Shown here: piece after piece, positions 37,701-51,240 of the stretch
Position numbering within the stretch: position 1 is the stretch's first letter
Layout of the letters: each line of letters opens with the position of its first letter
Assembly: GCA_002269645.1 (NCBI GenBank)
Contig: NIVC01000236.1
Coordinates: 496,001-560,000, forward strand
Source of the DNA: Macrostomum lignano
Taxonomy: Eukaryota
Reading direction: 5' to 3'
DNA length: 64,000 nucleotides
Translations under genes and position numbers: made by a program
The notes under the pieces: generated by a model
What the model was told of the DNA's origin: nothing
The model's database searches: none
Seen by the model: only the letters and a program-made list of their open reading frames with translations

Positions 37701-40700
37701 GATTCTGATCGACTACCCGCCGAACATAAGAGGTGGGGTTCTCTACAATGGTTGTCAATTATGTCGACACAAGTTGTTGCTGCGTGTAGCGATTTGTAGC
37801 GATTTTTATTTTCATTCCGTTTTCGAACAGCTGAAAGGTACATCTGTGGAGATGAACATTTTATTATTAGAGAGATAATGAGTGAACGCTTTGTCTGTAT
37901 TTTTTGCTGTCTTCTTTCTATTCCAATAGGATTCTAGCACCATGCAGATTTCAAGATATTAAATTATGAGTTCCAAGTTATTTAAGCATGATTACATAGT
38001 CTGTTACAATGCTATAACCTTCATGATGCCCCAAAATTATTGATCCTAGGTAAATCTGATGTCAGTTAAGCAGACCAATGAATTTAAAGTAAATTTAAAG
38101 TCAATCAGACCTGATTATTTGGTGTTAGTAAGTGAAATCTGATTAATCTGGTGATCTTAGACTAGAATTGCTAGTCATAAAAAAATTTAAGTGATGGTCA
38201 ATAAAAAGATGTTCAAAGTAATTTTTACAAAATTTACCTCAACTTATTCAGTATGAAATAAGCATAATAACTATCATTAAAAATAACTAAAGCCTAATTC
38301 ATTACAAATTATACATTAAATGGCAATAAAATTATATTAGGTTGTCCCTGCTGCAAAGCCAAAAAAATGCTTCTTTATAGGGTTCTTTGCAGTGCCTTGA
38401 TGAAATATCTAAGCTTTTCATTGTACATGCTCCATACAGTGGGCTTCCGGAGAAAAAAATCATGACAAAAACTAACATTTATGGCATTTAAGAGCCAACA
38501 AAGAGTACCATTTAGTAAAGAAAAAAAATGCTTCAAGCTTGATAGGTGTGTAATAACATATTTCAATTCTAAAAACTGGCAATTATTCATTTTGATGCAA
38601 CAGACTACTGGAGAAAATCACTTTGTGCTCTCTAACTATTAAAAAGTATTTTTATATTGTTATAGAATGTTATACAATAAGTATTATATTAGGCTTTTTC
38701 AATAAAAAGCATCGATTTTATGCTAAATTATTTTCTAAAATGTAAAAGTGAATAATCCAATTGGATACATCAATCTAGATTAGTTTTTAACATATTCTCA
38801 TATGAGCATATAGGTGGGATGTCATAATCAATGTTTACTACCAAAACGAAGAATATTCGAACTACAGTAGGGTTTATACAAATAAAGCATTACTCATGCA
38901 TGCATTTAATGCAAATTAACTCAAAACTTTCACCATCTGTATTAATTCCTACATTTTTAGCCCTTATTTGTAAATTATATAGAATTTTTTTCACACGTGT
39001 TCAACGTGGTTGAAATTCCGCCAAAAAAATTATCGCTGAAAAGGACATATTTTGTCTTTTAGAGGAGCGAAAAAGACTAATTTTACTTAGATTATAGTAA
39101 AATTATTTATAATTCACAGTTTAATGCAAGATTTAACCGGCCATACTCATTAGAAAACAGATACAATTAGGTATTACAAAGTTTGAATGGTGTAAACTCG
39201 CGATGCCCTCGTTTTGACTTTGCCCCCTACTATCAAACTTTTTCTCGGCCTTTTAAACCTTTTTGTAGTTGTTCCGCTTACTGTCTACGTCATCTGCTTA
39301 TTTGTAAAATTAATAATTTCATTTGAATCCGCGAACTTAAGCTACTGCGCCTCATTATATTTTCAAAAACGAAACTTGAACATAAAACAATAAAAACCTA
39401 TAAAAGTATTATATTTCCGTTGCACTTGCAGCATAACATTACGCTTGTTTATTGATGTCGCATACATGCCCATGATAAGGAGGGCGCAATTTTCTATCTT
39501 CGTCTCCGTCTCTATTAGTTCTAGCAGCCCAATAAAAAAATTGTTTTTTTTCGCCAAGATTACTGCATGGATTTTAGATTAAGGTCACTGCGCGGACCAA
39601 GAAGCAACGCTGAAATGCAGTTACCAAGTCAATCAACCAACTTAATCATATGTATCAATATGCATCAATCATATAAGCTGCATGGTATGCAAATCATCTG
39701 CCAGTAATGTTCTTTAATACAGTCTCAGCTAGCAGCGAAGCGGCAAGAACCCAGTGATCTCCTGCTGAAGGCTCTGATCATCATCAGCGCTATCTGTCAG
39801 TCGACGATTGTTCAAATTTGAGGCCAAAAGCATGCAAATACATGTACATATGCTTCCTGGGAATTCAATAATGTAATTGCGCCCGTAAATTCAACGGTGC
39901 ATGTACAGACATCTTGCAGTAGTCCTCTCGTAGTCCCCAGCAGTGTCCTTTTAATTGGCTATGACTTCGCGATGGACAGTATAAAGATCGAGACACATCA
40001 TGCAGGCTATATTTTTATCGAAGTAAAACCAGTCAGTGCCCTTGTCGAAAATTCGATTTCGTAAGAATCTGGTTTGTTGAGCCAGTTCGCACGGATTGGT
40101 GGTGACGGGTTTGGTCAGTCTGCTCAGTTTGCTCAGTTTGATTCCTGTTTCAAATTCTCCAGCTGCTTGTCTCGCTGTCTTCTCTTAGACATTTGGTAGG
40201 ACCTACTCGCAAGGACTACTTAAGTAGTCCTTGCCTACTCGTAGCTGCTTGCCACGTACATCTTTGCTGACCATCTGACAGGAGTGGCGGGCCAAGAGCG
40301 CTCAGTTTTATTGCCGCGCCCTGAGGCCCGAAAAGCTCCGATGAAAGTGTTGTGTCGTGTAACCTGACAGACCAACTTAATGATAGATAATATTTTACGA
40401 ATATTTCTACTATAACGTAAATGCTACCTATATTATTATTATTGTCTATTACTTATACTGCCATTTTAAGTAGAGTAGTTGATAAATTATCTGTATAATG
40501 TATTATTAATCACGTGATATCTCTAGTTCTTGAATTTATCGATCGTGCAGTTTTTCTAGTGTAGTTAAAATATCGATCATGTAGTTTTTCTTAAATAACA
40601 AAAATATAAATAAAGCAACTGTGCGCACCTAGCACTTTACTTTTCAACTCAACTGGAAAACTTCAAGCCTTGGCTACACAACACAAAGGCTTAAGAAATT

Positions 40701-40774
40701 AGCCGAACCCGAGTCAATGGTATGCAGAAGTTTATGATCAAAGACCACTTGGAAGCTATCGTTTCTATAGAATG

Positions 40775-41450
40775 ATCATCAACACGCTGAAGATCGAGGT
40801 GCTGACTGTGCCGGCCGACATTCCAGACCTTTTGACGTGCCGCGGCGCAGACGCGCAGACGACCAAGCTCGCACGCTGCCAGCGGTTCACCTACATCAGC
40901 GGTCTGGTGCCCCACGTGGAAGAGGACCCCCGCCAGCGCAGAGGACTTGCCTGGGCGGCCTTTCGTTCGATCCGAGCCGTCCTCCAGTCCGAAAGCGCTG
41001 CCTGACCGCCAGAGGGCTCGGCTGTGGCAGGCGGTGGTCGAAACCGTCCTGCTATACAACGCCGAGACGTGGACGCTGACGGCTACGCTAGAGCGGCAGC
41101 TGGACTCGGCGCACTCAGGGCTGCTCCGTGCGGCCTTTCGAGCTGACGAGAGCGTCGGGACCGAGGCCCTGTACGATCGGGCCAAGCTGCAGCGCCCGTC
41201 CATCATCCTGCGCCGGCGGCGACTTCAACTGGCGGGCCACGTGATCCGGGCCGAGGGCTACTGCCCCCAACCTGTTCGGGACGTCCTGCTGCTCACCTTG
41301 CAGGGTCCGTTCAGGGGTTTCAGGCCTGAACCCGTCGATACGTGGACTGCCTGCTGTGCGATGCTGGGGCGCCCGACACTGCCAACGGAGCGGACTTTGT
41401 TCGCTCCCAGGCTCTGCGGCGCGCCATCTGAACCGCCCTGTTCTAACTGT
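40775..41450 (+). mobile_element. RTE-clade LINE, 3' RT fragment, frameshifted
   Basis: Translates to FTYISG, RRGLAWAAF, VVETVLLYNAETWTLT and RRRRLQLAGHVIR, typical RTE reverse-transcriptase C-terminal motifs. Confidence 0.88.
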
Positions 41451-41959
41451 GACCTTTGCTTGCGGGGCCGCGTATTTTGTTGTTATTTTTGTTGTTATAG
41501 AGTTTTTGAAATTTAGTACTCTCGTATATGAAAAATCTTTTTTTTCATATCCATTGTGCATCACCAACAGAAGTCAACCTTTAATTTATAACTTAAAACG
41601 CTTTCGTACCATCTACCATTTGCCGTTTACACATAGCCAAACTACATTCATTCTATGTTCACAAGTTTCCACTCCGAAAGCAGTGGTCAAGATTTCTCAG
41701 ATCGCAGCTAGAAGTAAAATGAGTGCAATGATCCTGCAGGCTGCAGTTCAAGAGTAGGACTCAAATTAGCGCGGGTAAAACAAACTCAAGTTCCTATGCA
41801 GAACTGAAAAGCTGCTTCTCAATTAGCCGCTCAGGTTGTATGGACTTGGAAAGGTTTTGAGAGTTTTTAATTGTAATTTTGCATGAGCGCTGGCGTTAAC
41901 CGTTGGCTCTAAGTCTGATGTCGGCAGCGGTGCACTGCAGACAGGTATGAATTTGCATG

Positions 41960-43807
41960 TACACCAGTCACCATGCTCATGTGAATTCATATGCCTTTTG
42001 TGTGCCTACGTACGCCATCATCGGCAGGCAGAGGAACACTGGGATTGACGTCCTGCGAGTCTGGCCACCACCGACAGCCGGCCAGCAGGTGCTGCAGGTC
42101 GCTGACGGCTTTCTCAGCGACACGAGATCTAGCGGAGTGCTCCAAGGACATATCGAGGACATCGGCAGGGTACTGCGTAGCACGCCAGCGTGTTCAGTGG
42201 CATCGGCTACTTCACCGGGCCGCTTCATCCACATCCACCTCACCGACAGCGCCCACCCGGTCTGCCATGCACCGTCGAAGGTGCCGATCCACCTGGCAGG
42301 CGCGGTAGAAAAGGAACTTCAGCTGCTGGAACAGCTCGGGATCATCAGGCCCGTCAACGCAGCGGCACCGTGGGTCGCGCAGATGGTCGTCGTGCCCAAA
42401 AAGAGCCGGGTGAGGTGCGCATCACATAGGATCCCCGCAATGTCAACCGCTACGTCATCCGCGAGCGGCACCAGATTCCGACTTTGGAGGAGGCGACCCG
42501 GGACATGGCCAGCAACGATAGCGGCGACGCAAGGGGGCCGGTGGGATACGGTCGCTCTGCGCGCTGCGAGAGGAGCTGTCTGCGGTGGACGGAGTTCTCC
42601 TTTGGCACCAGCGAATCGTCGTGCCAGCTGGTCTCGGCAGCAGATGCTCGAATTGGCCCAACCAAGGACATCAGTGCTCGCAGAAGATGATCGCCAGGCT
42701 CAGTGTGGTGGCCGAGGATGGCAACTTCGCACACACCAGCCGTTCGTGCTACGCCTCTGCAGCCGACGCCGATCCCCGTGGGCGCCTGGCTGTTGATCGG
42801 CGCCGACTTCGTAGGACCCATCAACAACAACATCGCTTCAGGATCCCGCAGGAGCTCGTGATAGACAATGGACCGCCCTTCTCTTCCAAGGAGTTCGGCC
42901 GGTTCTTGGCGAGCTACGGGACCAAGCACCGCCTCATCACGCCCTAACTACCCATCGGCCAACGGCATGACCGAGCGACTCAACTCCTCCATCAAAAAAT
43001 TCGTGCGAGCAGCCCTCGAGAAGCGGCGGAACTGAAGGGCCGCTCTGGACGAGTGGCTGCTGGCCTACAGGAACACGCCGCACACGGCCACCGCGCGCGC
43101 ACCAGCCGTTGGCCGGCGGCAAAACGACGTCATCCCCGCTGCCCGGCCATCCTAGCGAGTCCGCATCAACAAGCAGCGGCTAAGAGAAGCGGACACCGGC
43201 GCCAAGGCGGCACAACGTCCGGGTCGGTGCTACGATGGCGGGTCGGTGCCAGCAAGACGCAGACGTCATTCGAGAGCGGTGCCCGGACAGTCCAGCGAGC
43301 AACTCGCTGCTGCTACGACGGGATGACACGACCTGCTGGTGGCACTGCACGGCGGTCAAGGTCGTCAGTCCCAACTTGGCCGACGCTGGCGCCAGGCCGC
43401 GGACCGCTACACCGAGAGCTCCAGATGAGGCGAGCCGAGACCAACCCGCCTCCTATTCAAATATCTTATTTTCTCAATATTTTAATCTCCGCATTATCGC
43501 TGAGCCTTTCGAGTTTTGAAATTTTTTGTTCTTTTTAATCGGGTTTCTTCTCTCTCAGTCTCTATTTTAAGGGGGAGAGATTTAGTGTGCGTACGCACGG
43601 CATGTCGGCCCAAGTGTACGCTGATTGGCTGGGGAGTGGGTGGGTGTCGCCACCCCAATTCTAACTTTACCATATATAAATGCGTGCCCAGCGCAGCGAG
43701 AGTGTAAGAGTTTGGTGGCTTCACCGACTGGCGCTGTCTCAATGTCCTATGATGACATTGTCGTTCATGTACCTCTCGAGCTCGTTCGCTCAGATAGCTA
43801 TAGTACA
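41960..43807 (+). mobile_element. Degenerate Ty3/gypsy LTR retrotransposon remnant with probable 3' LTR
   Basis: RT-like (AVEKELQLLEQLGII..PWVAQMVVVPKK, RHQIPTLEE) and integrase-like (PQELVIDNGPPFSSKEF, LLAYRNTPH) fragments. Polypurine tract AAGGGGGAGAGA at 43569-43580 is followed by a ~225-bp segment with ATTGG and TATATAAA that ends in ACA at 43807. Confidence 0.8.
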
Positions 43808-44319
43808 GTTTCCTGACTTTGATTTTGCTTGTAGACATGGGGGAAGGATTATGATGGACAATGCTCTTTCCTGTTATTGGCTTCGAGCGAATATAAATAT
43901 CTCTACGCGGTAGGGCAAGATTTACTTGTACTCAAACTTCAAAATAATTTGCAGGCCAAGTAGGCATATTTTGGACTTACGACAGGGTCGCTATTAGCTG
44001 TTTCAGAGTTGCAATTATCTCTGTTGAGTGCTAAACAGCTATTATTATTAGTATTGGAGAGTGGGAAGAAATATATAGTGTTAAATCTATTATTAAAAAG
44101 CACCTAAATATTTTGCTAAACACCTCCTTTGTTACTTTACAACGCTTTCCAAGCCTCTTCATAAGCCAAAAATAGACAATAAAGACTCAAAGCATTACAA
44201 TTCAGCCAGTCAGCTTGCTACATCAATGGCGGTGTATATTTGCAGCGTTTAGGAAAAGCCGACGCGCTATCAGTCAGCGCCAGCAGCTTCGATGGCCCGC
44301 GAGGCTGGTATAGTCTGCA

Positions 44320-45051
44320 TCAGGGCGTGTCGGGCCTCTTGCCGAACCTGAAATTTTTTCATTTTTGAGTGGTATGGAAGCGGTGCGCGACAGTTGCTGA
44401 GGATTCTAAAGCTTTTCCTTTAAAAGGAAACGTGGAAACGTGGCTGCCAAAAAGGTTTCGAGCATTGATCAGAAAAATCTAAATGTAAAAAGCGATGCTC
44501 TTTGAGTTGCTCGCCTCTGCTTCTGGCATGAATGCTCATGTTTAGCGAACATTATAAAAACAGCAAAGCAGCAATTTTTCCATTGTCTCCGACTGAAACA
44601 ATGTCTATAGTAGGTTTTTTGCATTTTCCATAAAATCGTCTTTCTATATTGCGGGGCTGGCACTGCTGTGACAATCTGTCTATGGGGAACACTTCAGGGA
44701 CTCTCTGGTCCATCTGGAAGCTTACTACTTCAAGAGCGCTGCTATCAAGACAGTTTTACTTCACCCCTCAACAGCTGTGCTTCACGTACTGCAACCACAA
44801 GTGCACTTCTGATTTCTCACACAAACAGTGGCTCACCTGGGCCGGGCGATGAGGGTCATGTAGCCGCGCAGGTTCTGCAGGTATTCCTTGATCCAAGACG
44901 GCTTTTCCAGAGGGGGCTGCTGCTCGCGCTTACCAACGGGAGCTTCTTCTGAGGCCGGGCTGGCCGCGCCGCCCGAGGCCTGCAGCAGCACCAGCAGGTG
45001 CACGAGTCCCAGCAAGATTAGGGCCTTGGTATGGGCTGTCACTACCGGCAT
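44320..45051 (-). CDS. npf: Neuropeptide F/Y precursor, 80 aa
   Basis: Exons 45051-44837 and 44347-44320. Signal peptide, KR, then EQQPPLEKPSWIKEYLQNLRGYMTLIARPRF-GKR; Tyr at -10 and -17 from the C-terminal Phe; a phase-2 intron splits the last Arg codon (AG|G), a conserved NPY/NPF gene trait. Confidence 0.93.
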
Positions 45052-46252
45052 TGCTTGGCAAGTTTCTTTAGTTGACTCTTGACGGGAGAGGGTTCAAACT
45101 TGACTCTGAGCTGTTGCTCTGCTGTAAGGCTGCAGTTCGGAGGCCAGCAGCGGCAGGATCGGGTCGCACAGGCATTTAAAACCTGCGCCCCCCCCCACCA
45201 CTCCATAGGCTTTTGCGCAGCCAATAAGAAATGCTCGATACAATGATTTACTGTGTGAAGCATTTCAGCTTTGCTTCCTTAATTTCCCTACTGCAGAGAG
45301 CAGCTAGCTTGAGAAATCATTGATAGACCTGACTTAGCTAATTGTTCGAATTTGAGTAGAGACAGTGGCTCACGAACTCCTACAGACTTGAACTCCTCTG
45401 GATTGGTATGGCCAGTTTAACTGTCTGCAGTTTTAATCCCACAGGGATGAGATGAGCTTTCGTTTGCTATACAGCCCGGCCATCAACCGAAGCCGTCTTC
45501 TCCACCTTGAGCCCTACCAGTGCGGCTTGTTTTGCAATTAACAAAATTACATTTGTTTTTTAAATTCTAGAAAATTCTATCTTCTCTCAGAATTTTGAAG
45601 CCGACACGCTCGTCTGTTGCTCCAGTCGAAATAACATCTGCATGGGCTCGAATGCCTGATGAAATGCAATCAGTTTAATTGGAAGACCGACACACTTAGC
45701 CAACTGAACTATACATCAGACTGCCACGCATTTTCCCTTCTTGCCAATCAGCACGCCCACGCACTCTGAGCTCACTGCGGATACTCATTTGCCAGCAGAT
45801 TTTCAAGAGAATTGTCGCGCCATGTGGCTTAACAACGCAGCTATGAATGAGACCTGCATGCGGGCGGCTTGAAATGAGAATAAGCAACTGTCATTCCTTT
45901 TGTTTTGCTTTCAATATCTTTTCTTCTTAATCTATCACTTTGAGCTTTCTGACAATGGCAGAAGAAATTCGAGGGCTCTCAGCAATCTATCTGAGATGCG
46001 AGCGAGATTCAAATTCAGATTTGTCAATTCATTTGTAATTAATTAAACATGTTTAAGCATAGAATACAGGTGTAGCTCGTAGCCTCGAACCACTGTGAAA
46101 CTAGCTTGAATATGAGTAGTGTTTGAGCAGCGCACAGGTCGAGTGCCGAATTCAAAGACACCAAGTAGTCAGGGTGCCAGAAGCAAAACAGCGATTTTGT
46201 GTGCTTCGTGTAGTCTGAAAAAGAAAATGGTTGCTCAGATTTATTTCTGTGC

Positions 46253-49200
46253 CAAGGACAACTTGATAACTCAGGACCGGAAACGAGCCAATTCATGGCG
46301 AAAAAAGTATGAGGCTCGTTTAAAAGCATTGTTCTATGGCCCATCCAAAGCTACGAAAGCGAAGAAATCTGAGCTGAAAATTGAACTCTTCGCATGCACT
46401 TGCAATTGAGAAAGAGAACTTTTATTCTCGCTGAAACTAAATATCATGCCGAGAAAATGCAGCGTCATTTTTTGTTGTGCAAACTACAATAGTAACCGTG
46501 ATCGGAATTTTGCAGTATTTTCGTTTCCTAAGGATGTAACTGAACGAGAGGCTTGGCGGCTGTCACTGCCTAATCAACTGACGGTAAGACTTTCTTCAAA
46601 TGTGCTTTGTGAATCAGATTTAGCCTGGCCACATGAATTCATTAGCAATTTTGTTGTTGTTTAGACCGTGACAGACTACATGGGCGTGTGTGCTAAGCAC
46701 TGGCCTCAAGATGCACCAATGATAAAGGGAAGAAATGAAAGGCCGCTACATGGTTCTGCGGGTTTTCGTTTCACCAAACTATTCCGTGCGATGGTTTCGG
46801 TTACACTCACCAGTTGCGGCTTGAGATCTGCTTGGATTTCAACCAACATTAAAGTATTGGTCGCAACTTGAAGCTATCATAAATCGTTGTAAAAACTCTA
46901 CAGTGGACGTCGAAAGTGAGGTGAGGGCATTATCTAAGAACCTTTCTATTGCCTTTAACCACGATGGAGTTGTACCGGACACATCGGTTACATTCATCCT
47001 GAAGCTACTCGAGTTCGCCACAACGCACCCAAACAATCGACGATACGACATTGCCACTATGCGCCAATCTGCTTTGCTTTACCTGATTAGCAGTTCTGCA
47101 TACGCGCATGCACAGACGCTCCTTCCTTTGCCCCACCAACGCACATTACGCACTCAGTTGGCTGGTCTAGGAGAGATTGGCACTGAAAAGGATGCACACG
47201 AGATCGTAAAGGTCGCATTTGCCAAACTGAAACCGCAGCAGAAGTCTTGTGTGTTGATTTCCGATGAAATGTATGTCCAGCCATCGATTCGCTATCGGTG
47301 CCAACATCTGCTCGGCCAAGCGTCAGACAATCATAACAAAACTGCTCGAACAGTGCTCGCAATAATGTTGAAGCCATTGTTCGGCGGTAAGCCATTTGTT
47401 CTAAGGCTGATACCGATTTTTCTTCTTTCCGCCGACTTTTTGTACCATCAGCTTCGAAAGTGCATTCAACTCGTCAATCAACATGGAGGCCTCGTTGTAG
47501 CGCTTGTGTGTGACAACCATCCCACAAACAGAAAGTGCTTCTCGATGTTTGCTGCTCAACAGACAAAACCTTGGATCGGCAAATCTGAATCACAGGAGTC
47601 TACTTTCTTTTTGCTCCATGATGTTGTACACCTTTTGAAGTCAATTCGGAACAATTGGCAGTCTGAGTCTGATGGAATGCTAACCATTCGTTTGCCCAAG
47701 TCTACAACAGTCGTCACGGCTAAGTGGTCAGACATTGTAGAACTGTATAAATCTGAAGCAGATCACATTGTTAAGCGTACAGGCATTACATACGAAGCGT
47801 GTTTCCCAACAAATGTCCAAAAGACTAAAGTCAATTTAGCTCTTCAAGTTTTCTGCGACAACGTTGCTGCCGCCCTAAAATGCGACGGGAAGAATGGAAC
47901 AGCTGCATTCATTGACGTTATTTCAAAATTCTGGAAAATTGTGAACTGCAAGAACCCGCATCTTCATGTTAGACTTAATGACCCAGACAGACGGGCTGTC
48001 TATTCAGTTCAAGATCCAAACATCAAGTTCCTGCGCGCGCTTTGCGAATCGATTGAGGAGATGCGCAGTGGAAAGGGAAGAACAAGACACCAATCTCTGA
48101 CGTCAGAGACGAAGAGGTCATTAGCTTACACTATTCATGCAATCATAGAACTATGCGAACGACTGCTCTGCGAATCTGGTGCAACGTACATTCTCATAGC
48201 GGAGTTGCAAAGTGATCCTCTGGAAGCAGAATTTGGTGTTTATCGCCAAATGAGCGGAGGCAATTACTTTATCTCAGTAGAGCAAGTTCTTCTCAGCGCT
48301 CGACTCCGACGAATGAAACTCTACACAGTGTTAGAGCTGGATGGATTCGTGCACAACAAAGGACTTTGCTGCGACACGCCCCTTTCAGACGAAGAACTTT
48401 CGACGCTCGATGACTGCTACGTCAAAGCTGAGAGCCTATCAATTGCCGAAAAGGCATCTGTTTATTATATATCAGGTAAGGCATGCATTTGTGTTACTTG
48501 AACTTGGATGGAAATAACGATTGCTGAGGCGAAGGACAACTGAGGCATAATAATAACATTTCAGGCTACATAACGTTTAAGGAGAAAATTACCTGTGATG
48601 ATCCTGCCGAAAATTTAAACACCCCACTCGGTGAATTCACTGAAATGATTTCCCGGGGAAAGTTGAAGCACCCGCCAAAGTGGCTGTTCAATTTTGCTTG
48701 CCTTTGTTTCGGATGCTTCATTTCGCTGCGATCACCGTCATGTGCTTTGCGAGTGCGCAAATTGTTTTCTGCCGTTGGCGAGTTTTACTTCCCTGAAGCA
48801 GATGTTCTGGGATGCTGCGTGCGCCTCACCAACTGTTTCTTCAAGGGTTATGTTCAACGAGGAGCAAAGAGCGCTCCTTCACCGGATAAAGTGCACGATA
48901 GAAAAATACTGAAGCTGAGTGGACAGTGAGCGAACCTGGAGCAAACACTTCACTATTTATCATAGTCAGCTCTTGTCCCGTTCTGTGACTGTTATTTTCC
49001 TCTCTGTTTGTAGTTCAGATGAAGAAAAAATCGTAAATTTTTCTCGAGTTTCCTTATACATGTGCTGTGTGTACAGCTTTCCCATTGTGTATTTTCACGA
49101 CGGTTACTTTATGTAATAAAAATATTCAACATTTAAGAAAACCGACCCTGCACCCGCCTTCTGACTGCCTATCAAAAAGTCAAATATGATACGAGTATGC

Positions 49201-49320
49201 ATTGGCAACTGAAAGCATGCGCATACGGATGGGCCATAGAACAATGCTTTTAAACGAGCCTCATACTTTTTTCGCCATGAATTGGCTCGTTTCCGGTCCT
49301 GAGTTATCAAGTTGTCCTTG
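46253..49320 (+). mobile_element. P-element-superfamily (THAP9-like) DNA transposon, 3068 bp, defective
   Basis: 94-bp perfect TIRs starting CAAGG (46253-46346 / 49227-49320); encodes a spliced THAP + DDE transposase. No direct TSD found. Confidence 0.92.
46446..48929 (+). pseudogene. THAP-domain P-type transposase pseudogene
   Basis: Exons 46446-46583, 46665-48475, 48565-48929. THAP C..C..FP.D..W..C..H; catalytic region ISDEMY, VCDNH, HDVVHLLKSIRNNW, QSDPLEAEFG intact. Frameshifting internal deletion near 46750 and an in-frame TGA at 46822-46824. Confidence 0.88.
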
Positions 49321-51167
49321 GATACAGATTAAATCTTAGTGATTAGCAATCTGTAGAACTCAGCAGTATTTTTTTAATTTTTTGGTCTTCAATGATATGT
49401 TTTCAAAGCCTAATTGTCTCGAGTAACTTGTGACTGTGAATCTACCTTCGACAAAGGACACGCATGTACTTGCTATATTCCCGATAACCTTCAGCAGCAT
49501 CCGCAATTCTTTGTAGAAGTTGCGGGCCGCGTCTCTTTGGCAACGCCCTCTTTCTGATAGGAATTCAGAGTTCCTCTGGTGAAGAACTCACAAGACTTGT
49601 TATAATGACATCTAAGGTGGGAGGTGTTGTCGTGATTTGATTGAAAGAAATTTCTCTCCACTGTATTGTTTAAATGCTTTTTCCCCCCATACTTCTACTA
49701 TCAGTAAAGCACCAAATATAAGATTAATATAAATAACTTTATTCGCATAATGTTCCGCTATTTCTACTGTAAGTAAAGTATTGAATATAATGGAATGCTG
49801 CTCGTATGTATAGTAATTATATCTGCATTCTCTGTGAAAGTAATTCATGGCCTCCACAGATATGGATGTACTGGAGCGTCTACAACCACAAAAAACTACT
49901 AGAGTACTGTTTACATGTACAGGGCCGGCCTTGACAACTGGGTCCTCTGAGCGGCAAACCGAGAAAGAGAAAGAAACAAAGGGCAATGTGGCTCCCTAAT
50001 TGCAATGAGCCCGCTTAAGACAAACACAAGCAAACTGCAATCCGGCACTGAAAGAAGATTATCGAAATTGCGGCTCAAGCCATCGATACCGCTCTTGCTG
50101 CGTCTCTCGGTGTAGTTATGAAATTCTATTAGTTGAAGATATTGTTTTGTACTTTCTCGGCGGTGCGTGAACTATTAGGTTAAGTAGCATCAGTCTGAGC
50201 CAGCGACGCTTTGATTGGGTAGCAGGGATTTGCCCCCGCATGTACTCAAATTTCTCTCGCATGCTGATTGGTTGGAAAACTTTACAGCAGCCGTTTTCTG
50301 TCTTCTCGCCACGTTTTTTGATGCGTGACTGCCTGTTCGCGCTGTGTAGTGTGAGCATCTTTTGCGTATTCTATTAGTTAGGTTTTGCATTATTGTTATT
50401 GAATTGTTATTTTGCTTTAGTTTAGTCATACGTTTTTGGTGTACTTTTTCCTTGTTAGTTAGAATCAATTTTGCGTAAACAGGTTAGAGTTAGACGCCAA
50501 ATTTGTGACTCAGCGGAGGGTTGAGTTTGTCTGCGAACCCCAGCTTTGCGCGGCCAGCCAATCAGAACCGGCCTGGACCCTGGCACGCGGCAAGTTTCAA
50601 TTCTACCCGGCGCCGCGGGCACAGTGCAAGTCGGCTTAAGCAAGCGGCCGGCCAGACGACCACCACCCGGCTTGAGGGGGGGGTTTTGAGGGGTTGTGAC
50701 TCTGACTATATATGAAAGTGTATCTGGCAATCGGATCTCACTTCTCTCTCTCTTTCCCCGGTTTTGTCTTGTCCAGCTTCCCGGCCGGTGGCCTGTTCCC
50801 TTTGGTTCGCGCTTTGAGGCGTTTTGATTCATCACCCCGGTCCATAGCTTTGTCCCCCGCCCAACCGCTTCAGCCTTGTAGCGTAACGATTCGGCATTCC
50901 TGTCTGAAGTCGTCGCTGTCAAGCGCGGTTAGATAGAGACTGTCGGATCTGATCAAGTACGCGGCCTCGACCCCGAGGGCCTCAGTGTTACACTGAAGGG
51001 CAGTGCCGATAGAATTTAGTCGGTACTCCGTTGAACGGTCGATTCGGCAGGGCTCTCGTTTGAGAGTAGGTTCTGGCTTAGGCCAGGGGTTAGGAGTCTT
51101 CTCCGTGGTCCTGTGTTCGGTGCCTCCTTCTCCTTCTTCTTCAAGCTGAGATCCGCTTGTCAGTGCG

Positions 51168-51240
51168 TAATATAATCATTATTATTATAATAATATTACA
51201 TTATTATAATCATTAATATAATCATAATCATTATCATTAT
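51168..51240. repeat. (TAA/ATT)n low-complexity tract
   Basis: Direct. Confidence 0.8.

Noticed and set aside
44650-44830. Coding-looking patch inside the NPF intron
   Set aside because: Short frames with no start, splice or homology support.
50504-50992. LTR (TGTGAC...GTTACA with CCAAT and TATA-like motifs)
   Set aside because: No adjacent PBS, PPT, TSD or second copy, and its orientation conflicts with the neighbouring gypsy remnant.
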